Source: Phoronis australis (lineage: Eukaryota; Animalia; Phoronida). Taken from it: a DNA stretch of 64,000 nt. Every line of letters begins with the position of its first letter. Within the stretch, counting starts at the first letter, position 1. A model generated the notes under the pieces. The model saw only the letters and a program-made list of their open reading frames with translations. It searched no databases and was not told where the DNA came from. The stretch lies in the NCBI GenBank assembly GCA_002633005.1, contig NMRA01000233.1, forward strand, positions 434,001 to 498,000, written 5' to 3'. Shown in pieces: positions 1-11,700 of this stretch. The position numbers and the translations under genes were made by a program.

Positions 1-470
1 GGCCTGCGTTCCGTAGATCCGAGAATCTCGCGAAAACGTAAGATCACGCAAGACTTGGCGATATAGGCATGCATTACTAGCGAAGCCCGTGATCCCACTC
101 ACTATTAATTTATAATTCGCGAGTCTTCCACAAACTTGACCTTTAGCTGTGGAAGCCCTGACAGTGACAATTCAGTGAACGGAATGAATTTACAAGTGAC
201 GCATGTTAATACCATGTATTAGAGGAGCGCTTTGAATTTTAAGTGAACCAGCCTTCCGTCACAAACACTTTTGATTTAGACCTCAAGGCATCTAAGTAAT
301 CAAATAGATTAAATATGAATGGGTCGCAAGTTGTACATTAGTAACATTAGAGGTCATTTACTGCGTGCATGAAAAAATGAAAACTCGTTTTGTGGCCAGG
401 CTCTGTACAAGTTTGTTTGTCATGCGGCTGATTATTTTATTATTTATTATTGATTATCATCATAATCATA

Positions 471-579
<109 letters not shown>

Positions 580-683
580 CTTTTTCATTATACTACTGTA
601 TAACAACTGCAGGTTTACCGCTATGTGAGGCATGTGGCATTTTTTCAGAGCGAATCACATCGCAGCGCTCGTGATACACAAAG

Positions 684-3637
684 ATGGACAAAGTTTTTTG
701 GCAGGCCGATGACGTCACGAAGTGGTTGGAAACACAAAAGTGGCAAAATTGGAAAACGTTTTTCCAAGAAAATGGTTATTTGGTAAGTGCTAATGCAACT
801 AAGTAAAACAGTGATTTAGTTTTAACTACAATCCAGTTTAAAGAAACATTATCGGCGACAAAAAGAGATTTTCCGAGATCAGCCTAAACGAGGAATCGAA
901 CCCGCGACTCCCGCGGTCGCAGTCTAACCCTGTGTTAGCGGAGCTCAATCCCGCAAGATATATAAAAAGATAAAGACATCTAGTGAGGGATTAGCAGAAG
1001 TTCTTGTGCAGACGACATAACGCCTTCAACTCAATATGTTTTGTATGAATTAGTTTCAGTTTTAGTTTACATGTGTCTTTAAGAGAAATGGACCCTATAC
1101 ATGGGTATTGAGAAGTCAATGAGACGTCCAAACAAGACTATGATTCTGAAAGCTGAACAATTTGAAATCAATGAGTCAACACCACAGTCTTCTCTCGCAT
1201 ACACAAGAATGCAGGAAACATCTTTATTTTAGGAACCAACAAAGAAGGTTCTAGAAGTCGTGTTTTAAGAGAGCTTGGCGTGCATTACATGGGAGTGTAT
1301 ACCATTTGCACTTCCCTAATTCGTGCAACAACATGCAACGACTGTTAAAGAACGAATGAATTGCCATTTCAAAATCGTATTTACATACGGCTGTGTGCGA
1401 TGGAGACGACACACGTATTGCAAAGATCAGTTCAAAGCACCTTTCCCTCACCTCTATTAAAGGAACATTTTTTAAAATTCCTTTCTTGTTTACTAAACAG
1501 TGATAATCCTTTGTTTCTCTAGGTCGTCAGAAACCTTCTAGATCAGGGAACGTTGAAGCAGTACCAGACGATCTACGATAAGATGCTCTGTGGTGCGATA
1601 GATACCACGCGCCACAGGATGGACCTCGGGTCACATGGTATTAACAGGTTATCTTCCCTCTAGCAGCCTTACATAAAAACCAGAAAAATAAATTAACAAA
1701 TTCTCACAAACTGGTAACATTTAGTTTTTACCATTAAAAGGAACATATGCAACTGGCACGAAGTAGCGACTGGACCGCTTCACGTCAGTTACAGGTGTTC
1801 AAACCTATCAAAATGATGGCTGCTTGAAATTCGTATTGACTTATTGATGGGCTAAGCTGCTCACAAGTGGAATTCCTGTCATGGTACAGAATGGTTTCAA
1901 ACGTGCGTTGTATGGTTGAGTGTCCTCGTTGGTTTATAGTTTGCATTTGGCTTTGTGGAAAATTCAAATAAGATTTGAAATATTTAGCCTAGAACTCAAC
2001 TGGCTGACTTTTAAGGTAGCTGAGCACATACTTAGCTCACTTGAACTCGTGCCACACGAGAATAAACTAGAAGTGCTACTTCATTCAGTTGTGCTTGCTT
2101 TGACCTTTACAGAAAACAGAAAGCAACAACAGACCGAAAACATGTGTCAGATAATGTGGCCGAGCTTATACGTAGATAACATGGTCCAAGGTCCTCTGCA
2201 CGAGAGAACTCGGCAGGTGGCGAGGATAATCTATGGCGACGACATGGAGTTTGACTTCGATATGTTGATATCCAAGGTTTGCGTTTAATTGTAAAGCACT
2301 TACAATGTGATTACCAAAACAAAACAAAAAACATATGACAGTACATATCTGAATTTGTGTTCATGTTCTGCAGAATGTAAAATTCCCAGGCAAATTTACC
2401 TTAGGCACACGTACAAGTATTCAGGCTCATGCATCTATAACCAAAAAACCGCGCTCTTTTTTTAAAAAAGTTGGCTCAAGTGTTTCATACGTGTCACCTA
2501 CATGTCAAGAATAAACACAGGCGGTAATGAATTTGTTATGGTGTTTTGATGTATCTTTCGTCCACTATCATATTTTTTATTTTTTATCAAACCTGCCTTC
2601 AATCACAAAACCCAGCTTTTGATATTGACCACTTACCAAAGTCAAATTGGTCTCACCGAGCTTCATATGCAAGTAATGAGCTTAAATTTGCTCTAACCAT
2701 GTCCGTGTCGAAATTTGCAGCCTCCAGCAACAACAAAGCCACACTACCGGAAACAGTGCTCTCTACGTTACAAAATCAAAACGGGGAATGCAGAATGACT
2801 ACCGGATGTTGCGATCCCCGGTTCTTGATAATGAAGTATTTGTCGGTATGTTTCCAACAGCAGAGTACAGCCGACTGGATTTTTTACTGTCAGTTTCTCC
2901 AGCTGTCTTCGTTCATTTTGAATTTTACTTTTTAAGAGCCCACACACAGACACGAAGATGCCATTCCATCAAGACGAGTCTTACTGGCTAGATATGCCCG
3001 ATAAACGCGCCATCAGCTTCTGGGTAGCCATGGACAACGCTACCGTTGACAACGGCTGCATGTGGTACGTCGGCGGTTCCCACTTAAAGCCTCTCCGTGA
3101 ACACAAGAAAGCAAAGGAAGGGCATCACGCCCTCTACTGTGATGGGAGTGAAGTAAGTTCATTATTGTCCGTCGACGTACATCGTATCAGCTCCAATTCA
3201 TGCAGGACACAAGAAAAACAAACACCAAAAAAAAAAAATAATAAAAAAGTAACACAAAAGACAACACCAAAAAAAAAGGTCATGGCGAGGACATAGAGAT
3301 TTGCAATCTTTTAGTATTTGCTCACTTGTATTCTGACTACAGTGACATCTCGTCTGAAAAGTATTTGAATCAAATTCTAAACCACTCACGTTCCCTTCTA
3401 CATAAAAACGTTCGTCTTCTGGCCTATCTCTTGTAGGAGGAAAGTACCGCAATGCCCCTGGCGGCGGGCTCCTGCTGTCTTCACCACGGGAGGACAGTCC
3501 ATTACAGCCGCGGGAATTCTACAGACACGCAGCGTCGGGCATACATCGTCAACTACAGACCACGTGATATGATACAATGGGAGAGAAAGGCGGAATTCGA
3601 CCACGGGAAGAAAGGCATTGCAGTATTTCAAGAATAG
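684..3637 (+). CDS. Phytanoyl-CoA dioxygenase (PhyH) family Fe(II)/2-oxoglutarate dioxygenase, 264 aa, 5 coding exons
   Basis: GT-AG exons 684-782, 1523-1637, 2113-2276, 2937-3152 and 3437-3637 join in phase (795 nt). The protein reads MDKVFWQ...FQENGYLVVRNLL...DMLISKSPHTDTKMPFHQDESYW...ISFWVAMDNATVDNGCMWYVGGSH...CLHHGRTVHYSRGNSTDTQRRAYIVNY. It shows the family's GYLVV strand, HxD iron ligands, WxAxD..NGC..GSH motif, distal His and 2OG-binding Arg. Confidence 0.92.
868..960 (-). mobile_element. tRNA-derived SINE-like fragment (family A)
   Basis: Pol III B-box GGTTCGATTCC on - (892-902) in a tRNA-like context. A colinear diverged copy lies at 28410-28500. Confidence 0.6.
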
Positions 3638-4309
3638 ACAGTAAATCTTAAATTGTAGATTGTGAACATAACGTTTGAAAAGTTCACCTAATCGCAGAAA
3701 ACTACATTGCTCAGATCGAGCTGCTTTGAAAGAAGATCCTTCACAGAAATATTTAAACAAATTTGGAAGTTTTTCAGGAAGTCTGCAGCCAAAGAAATAT
3801 TAGTGTGGTGCCATATTTACAAAAGAACGTCCAGGACATGCATGGAGATTTAATGAATTCTCCATTAGTTACCATTGTCCAACTTCGGTTTTCTTCCTTG
3901 TTCCAACACAAACTTAGCTTTTTTCAATTGGTAAGACAACTATACAATTCTGAATGCTCCTGTACAAAACTGAGGAAAATACAAATTGACCAAAAACTTA
4001 TGATCTGCATCACTTCTTTGACTAATCACTATTAATTAACCACATTAAAACGTTGGCCTTATGAAGTCCAGTATTATGCAGCTTAATAGCTGGAGCAATT
4101 GTATTGTGCAATCAACCACCATATTATGGCCAATTTTCCTTTCCACACAATCATCAAAAAACTATTATCCATCCATGAGGTTAAACCCATTGAAGTACTT
4201 CATAAAATTAGCATAATTGCTTGTCTTTGAATTCATGTCATTTAATTCTGAAGAGTTGGATGTTGTAGACAATTAACATACAGTGTTCAAATGAACCTTG
4301 TTTTACAAG

Positions 4310-4315
4310 TTTATT
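4310..4315 (-). terminator. Candidate polyadenylation signal (AATAAA) of UTP20
   Basis: TTTATT on + lies ~510 bp downstream of the first copy of the UTP20 stop codon. Support is motif only. Confidence 0.35.
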
Positions 4316-4448
4316 TTGTTGTAGCATGTTAACCTTACATTTACAGCCTCACCAAACAATTAACTGGTCAATCCTTGGTGAACAGCAAATGGCGTGAAAT
4401 CACTAAGACCTAAATTAGAAATAAGTCAACTTTCCCTAACAGCAAACG

Positions 4449-5706
4449 GCAACATATTATGTACGTCACTCTAATCATTCTATTTGTAAACCAAGAACCA
4501 TTTTTCAATAATTTTAAAAATAGTCATTTGCCAACCATGAAAAGTGGATACCAAGAGTATTTCAACAACTTGCAAGACCTAAGTTAATTATTATTTATAT
4601 AATGGTGACACTTGAATAACTCATGTGACACACAAAAATTATTTCACCACCTTCCTTTCGCCATTTTCCTCAAAAATATGTATCAACTAAGTTCACAAAC
4701 ATAAGAGAATTGAGATTTTGTCAGATGATCCATTTGAGAAAATGTGGTCACAACTGCCATCTAGTGCTACAACGTGACACTCATTGGGCAGGCAATAACA
4801 GTTCCAAAATGACAACGTTTAAACCCTATTCCACGATAGCAAAGTCCTGCAACCTTCTTTTTTTAACTTTCTTAGAGGGTTTAAACTCCATTATCTTTCT
4901 TTTCTTGGCTTCTTTTTTAGCCAGATTTTTCTTTATCTTCTTTCTTGCCGCCACCTCAGGGTTGGATACAGCCTGTGGGATACAAAATGGAAACCTTTAC
5001 ATAAAATACCGATAAACTCCAATGCAGTAACGTTGGTATTATTTGTTGATAAGGGTTTGAATATAGTGAACATGGCATGTNGCAACATATTATGTACGTC
5101 ACTCTAATCATTGTATTTGTAAACCAAGAACCATTTTTTAATAATTTTAAAAATAGTCATTTGCCAACCATGAAAAGTGGATACCAAGAGTATTTCAACA
5201 ACTTGCAAGACCTAAGTTAAGTTATTTATATAATGGTGACACTTGAATAACTCATGTGACGCACAAAAATTATTTCACCACCTTCCTTTCGCCATTTTCC
5301 TCAAAAATATGTATCAACTAAGTTCACAAACATAAGAGAATTGAGATTTTGTCAGATGATCCATTTGAGAAAATGTGGTCACAACTGACACCTAGTGCTA
5401 CAACGTGAAACTCATTTGCAATAACAATTCCAAAATGACAATGTTTAAACCCTATTCCACGATAGCAAAATCTTGCAATCTTCTTTTTTTAACTTTCTTA
5501 GAGGGTTTAAACTCCATTATCTTTCTTTTCTTGGCTTCCTTTTTAGCCAGATTTTTCTTTATCTTCTTTCTTGCCGCCACCTCAGGGTTGGATACAGCCT
5601 GTGGGATACAAAATGGAAACCTTTACATAAAATACCGATAAACTCCAATGCAGTAACGTTGGTATTATTTGTTGATAAGGGTTTGAATATAGTGAACATG
5701 GCATGT
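4449..5706. repeat. Apparent tandem duplication (4449-5080 / 5082-5706) containing the UTP20 terminal exon twice; probable haplotype-overlap assembly artefact
   Basis: Near-identical ~630-bp copies are joined by a single N at 5081. The terminal exon copies 4826-4972 and 5452-5598 encode the same peptide and differ only at synonymous sites. Confidence 0.9.
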
Positions 5707-8700
5707 CTATAATTCAGGGCTTGACATGACCAATGAGAAAAAAGAAGAAGAATATTCAGTTGATGTATCGTTCCACAAATAGGCTTGTGTGAAAGAAATG
5801 TTTTTGTGTTGTAAAATTTAACTGCAAGGAACACTGTTTTCTTGCATGAATAAAGTCAAAATAATGATAAAAAGAGGCCTCGTATCCCTGCGCACGTGTG
5901 TCATTTGAAGTAAGGCTACAAAGGTACAAGCGAAAACACCTCCAGTAGTTTTGGCGCAACTCAAACCTCCAGCAAAGCACCAGCAAAAGTGACCCTTGCT
6001 ACCATTTACATTACTGAAGTTTTTGCTGCGAGCGAAAAAGCTGGATGAACCGCTAGCATGTGAACCAGGTACCAGATGAGTCAAGAAATCAGTTCTTTAA
6101 ACATTTGAGCCTAATGACAAGAACAGAGATGAGGGGACTTTACATGACCAGCCCTTTGCACAACAGCCCGACTACAGTGACAAACAAGCCAACTGATGAA
6201 GACGCCAAAGACGAACGGTTGTGCAAAGTTTTGAAGGTAACTTTGAAATTTTGAAAGCGAAGGTGACATCTGTTTTCACCAATCCCTTTTTAATGTTAAA
6301 ATGCTTGGTGTATATGGCTTTGAAGTACTCACCCTTCCATCCATTACTACAATAATTAGAATAATCAACTGGTTCAGATACCAGCCTCCATTTATGTGTG
6401 AATGCCTAGCAGACAATGACGAGAACTGGCAATTTGTAATTAAGACACAGTAACACTACAGATTTTGTTCTTTTTATAACTCTGGACAAAGGTTATAACT
6501 TCAAGAAGTCTCTCCTATTCAACAATAATTCCAAAACTGTAAAATTGATAACGCCCCCTATAGTCAGCCGCTGAAAGTGATGTCTTACAATTGCAGACAA
6601 AGAAAATTTTCATTCCTCAGCGGACTGCTAGACAGAACATCTTTTGTCAATGTGGCATTAGTTTTCACTCAACCGACCAATTTTCCACTAAATTTCTTTA
6701 GCTTATATCCCTCAGTATAGACGAGATGTTGAACTATGGACTCCATATTAATTTTAACTTTGCCTTGTCCTTTGCGCAGACTAGAAGTGGGAAGGACAAA
6801 TAAACCCCTGGTGTAGGAATATTAAGTCATTGCTGAGTGCGGTAGACTCAAGACATCGATCATACACTTGTGGCATGAAATCTTCCCTAATGGAACAGAA
6901 ACAGTGAATCACAATGTCTTAATTATGAATTCTATACCATAACTCAACATTACAATCTCATTGACTCACTTTAGACTTTAGTGGCCGCCATTTTGCCAAG
7001 TTACGTGACACTTGCCTTTCACTTAAGTGATCTTGCATGACCTTGCTTATCTTGCAAGAAACTTGATGGATGGGATGCAACACGAAATATGTACGTTGCC
7101 ATTTTAAGCACCCTCAGCAATATGGTAACCAGACCTAGGTTAGTTCCATACCCTAACACTAGATGGCATTACCTCAACAGCCTTGTCCTGTTTCCTGGCT
7201 TCTCTCTTGTCAAACATAGACTTGTGCACCTGTGAGTATGTCTTGGTGAACATTTCTACACCAACCAGCCCTTTCATTATGTCCAGCACCTCTTGCGCCA
7301 GTGTCTTCAAAGTGGAATCTAAAAGAAACAAGGAATTCTCACATTGTAATGGTGAAACAAATAGATCAACTTAATGTATTGACAATCAATTTGAAAATAT
7401 CGGATATTAAGAACTGATTCAGAATCAAATCAAACTTCATTCAAATAAATTCAAAAATTTCATTTTGAAAGCAATTAGATATGTCAATAAAGTGATGATT
7501 AAATATGATAATTTTAATTTTAAAGAAAGTCAATTTAAATAATTTGAACAACATTAAACCTCAAACATCATCTTATACAGAACTGCAAATGACATTAAAA
7601 CAACATTACAAAGAGAATAATTCAAACTGAAAGTCTAGTCTACACAATACAGCAGTATACTAAATCAGAGGGGAATCTGACTTACCTGCAGTGGGTGCTG
7701 AGTTGGTGGACTCTCTGAGCAAAGGAGGCAGAAACAAAGGTAAGTAGTCCGGCAAATTTTCAGAACCCATTTCCATGGCAACAGCTGCCATCCATTTAAA
7801 TACACTCGACCTCTGAAAATGGCAGATGATAAAACAATACCGTCATGGTAGAATGCTTCACTTGCGAACATCTGGTCTAGAACTCTCCAGTGTTGTGAGA
7901 GCAAGAACGCAACTTACTTTTTGATGTGATTTCAAATTTTGATGAGCAAGATAGCTTAAGCTGATTAATACAAAACGCTTAATTTCTTGCATTCACAAAA
8001 ATTTTGGTGAGTGAACCATTCGAATGACCCGCAACACAAAAGCGGTAATTTAATGGCACCTATAAATTCATAAGAAATTGTAGAAAATAAATCTGAAACT
8101 AAATAAGGCGATCCAGATCCTCCCAAGGATACTACTGTTTCATGAAATGTAGAATATAAATCGGTAAATAAAACAACAAGAATGGATCAACTGAAATTTG
8201 AAATTTTCAGATGTAATAACTTCCTTTGTTAACAAAAACAGAAATAAAGTAAATCAAACACTATATGACAATTGACATATAAGATATGGCGTAATGAATA
8301 TGATACATTTTTGCGGAAAAAACTTTGGTGAGTGAACCTTCTTTAAGGTTGACAAAGGAAGTTATTACATCCGAAAATTTCAAATTTCAGTTGATCCATT
8401 CTTGTTGTTTTATTTACCGATTTATAAGAGACTGTGAAATCCTATCACCCTAAATCCCGATGCAAACACAGGAGTAAACTATAGATGGCAGTGATGTAGC
8501 TCAACAACCACTCTATTGCCATCTAGTGACAAAGTACATTTACATTATGTTGCCATTGCTATCTAATATCTGACCAGTCCTTTGGACATGAGATCACACT
8601 TTGGATAGCAAACCCCTGGATGACTAAAAGTAAAACGATGGATCTTTTACAAGTTACCGGGATGGCTGATACCACATCAGATATAGTTTAATAATGGAGA

Positions 8701-11700
8701 TATACAATGTTCACTGGTTTTAATTCACAACAACAGACATGAACACAAAACAAAACGGCACTCGGCAACAAAACACACGTGTTCCAAAACAACACTCATA
8801 CTACATGTGCGCACAGTACGATTTAGATAAGATAACGAGAACTATTGAAATAAGACCCTGTAATGACAGAGTGATTCTACCTTTAAGGATGCCTTTTGAT
8901 TCTGCGATGCTTCGAATGTGGCCTCGCGACACAGTTTCTTGATCAACCATTCTATTGTCAGCGGATGTTTTGTATCCGTCTCTGAGAAACTGTTCTTCTT
9001 TGTTGCCGTGAAAACAAGCTTGGCCGAGTAGACAAGATTCTTAATAATCTGAAAAACACATGCAACATCAAGAAGATATTCAACAACTAAAGCGAAAACT
9101 AAACTAACCAAGTCAATCTAGCAAAGTATTAAGTAACAGTTAGTTGAATGTTGCAATAAATCACATGTTGCTCCTGATCAATGAATGCTCAATAGAAACC
9201 AAAAAAACAGATGGTCCGGAAAACTCAGAATTTCAACAGGTTGAAACTTATGAATTTATCCTCACGTTATCAATTACATTTTCATTTCACAACCTAACAT
9301 CATGAACCATGCAATCAACGTCCAGTAGAGCTATCCCGAATTACACAGCGACATTCGAATCTCACTGTATTTACCCACAATGCTATAAGCATCCCTCATG
9401 AACATTTGTCGCCTTGTTTTTGTACCACTGGAGTTTTATATGTTATTAGTTGTCGTTTGATTCTTAACAAGTTTTTCACGGTTGCATTTCTCTATTCCTC
9501 CTGACAGTGCCAATGACGTATTACTGCTGTGCGACTCCGACGTGAGAAAGTTTGATAAACTGGACAAATACCCGTGGACGCGTGATCTGAAATTCTTCGC
9601 CTTCCCCACATCAATGACAGACACAAAAATGTGCCCGATTTCCAAAATGAGATCATGTGCTTTCTTACCTCCAAGACAAAGGAGAGTTCTATCGCCGCGT
9701 AATCCGGGACGGCCCTGTTGGAACAGCTATACTAAGATTCATGAAGATCCATAAAAAAATCTTACATATGTTGAGGCACAAGCAAAAACAAGTTTTACAA
9801 CAGTTACTATACTTGGACCCGCACAAAAATCTACAACAATCATAATCATCTCACAGCAATGCACGAGGGGAAAAATTTCCATAAAATCCTTCAAGTGCTT
9901 TCGCAGATATTCAGGCGTATGCCAAAAATAGACACAATTAAATAAAATAATAGAAATTTAAAAGAATATCAGTTACCTGGTGTCTCCGGTGCCCACTCAC
10001 CTGATCAGCTAACTCTTGCTCCAGAACTGGAGACTGTAGCTGGCGGATGAAACTGGCAGACAGGTCACGAAACTGAAATAGGGTCAAAGGTAAAAGGTCA
10101 GTACATGCACAAACAAAAAAACAGCAATAAATATAACTGCAGTTCTATAAAATCAACTCAAATCATCTAAATCTGGAATACATTCAGGGGTGGATCCAGG
10201 ATTTTGAGTTAGGGGGGGGGGGGGNNNNNNNNNNNNNNNNNNNNNNNNNNNNNNNNNNNNNNNNNNNNNNNNNNNNNNNNNNNNNNNNNNNNNNNNNNNN
10301 NNNNNNNNNNNNNNNNNNNNNNNNNNNNNNNNNNNNNNNNNNNNNNNNNNNNNNNNNNNNNNNNNNNNNNNNNNNNNNNNNNNNNNGAGGGGGGGGGGCA
10401 GAGCAGAGTATTAACCAGGAATTTGCCCGTCAGACATTCGCACCACCGAACTGCTGCCAAATGGAATCTGAGAGAATTTTAAGAAGGAGCATGGCCCCCT
10501 TGGCCCCCCTTAAATCAGATGAACATCGATACTAAATGGAATACTGTCTTGTTATCGATACCATTGTTATGCTATGAATGTACCATTCTTTTCTGCTAAA
10601 TGTTTCTACAACAAACATAGGCATGTGACCAAATTAATGTCACTGGTATTAAGTCAAAAATCAAATTCTACATGCTTTCTATTTCCAGAAAATACATACT
10701 AGTTTTACAGAGTTGAAAACCCATAGTTTAGTACATATTTGGCTAAATATACACCTTATTGATAAGATCTTACATAACCTAAGCCATTCCTTTGATCACA
10801 AAGGCACTGGCTAACAGTTACATAAATCATGTAGCATTACATTATCTTCATTTTCACTGCTTTTTAAGCATGCATAAATTTCATAGAGGAGTAGAGTAGT
10901 TATTGATTAAATAAAATGAACGGACCTTGCAAACACTGTCAGGGATATTTGTCAATGCTATGTTCAAAAAAAATATACAAGATATCTGTTATACACCGGA
11001 GACATGAAGGTGATATTGAAATGAGACGACATAATCAATGGGCACAGACTCTCTCCTACCTTTTGCTTGGTGTCACACAGCAGGTAGTCAGATTCAGACT
11101 GCTGATTGGTTGAATCCTTAGACGGTGACACGACATCGTCTGCTGACCAGGAAGAGAACAGGAGGCCAAACAGCTGGGAGGCAGTCAGACGTACCCAAAT
11201 ATGGGGGTGGAGCAAGTGAGCGTGAACATGACCTAGATAGGGAAAGTAGGTCATGACTGGGAGTTGGAATTAGTATACAAAATTCTCTTGTAAACAAGAA
11301 GTAATTTGGCCTGGTGTAGATTTCAAATGTTTGCGTTCTCATAAGTAAACCGATAGGAGACCCAGCATATTATAATAACTTGAAGCAAATTACCAGTTTT
11401 GGATTGCCAAATACATTCATACAGCACTTTCATGGTAAATATCCGTTCGTTTTTGTTAATCAATGTTCAATGCGTAATTGTGCAATTTCATTGGACAGCC
11501 CTGCTGGAAAACAAACTTCGTCTTAACTGGACATTTTCTCGAACCATTTTCATACGTACTCCAAATCCTGTTCATAACCTCGACGTGCTTGCTACTTCGT
11601 GTCAAATTACACTCTCTTGTGATCTTGAGCAGGGCTGTTAACACCTGGTAAAGCATGTGATCAGCACCACGCACTGTTGCTGCATCCTCGCACACCTGAA

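Noticed and set aside
4710-5712. Duplicated hydrophobic plus-strand ORFs resembling small membrane proteins
   Set aside because: They are the antisense of the Lys-rich UTP20 terminal exon inside the artefactual duplication.
10209-10460. ORF spanning the N run
   Set aside because: It is an artefact of the assembly gap and the flanking G homopolymers.
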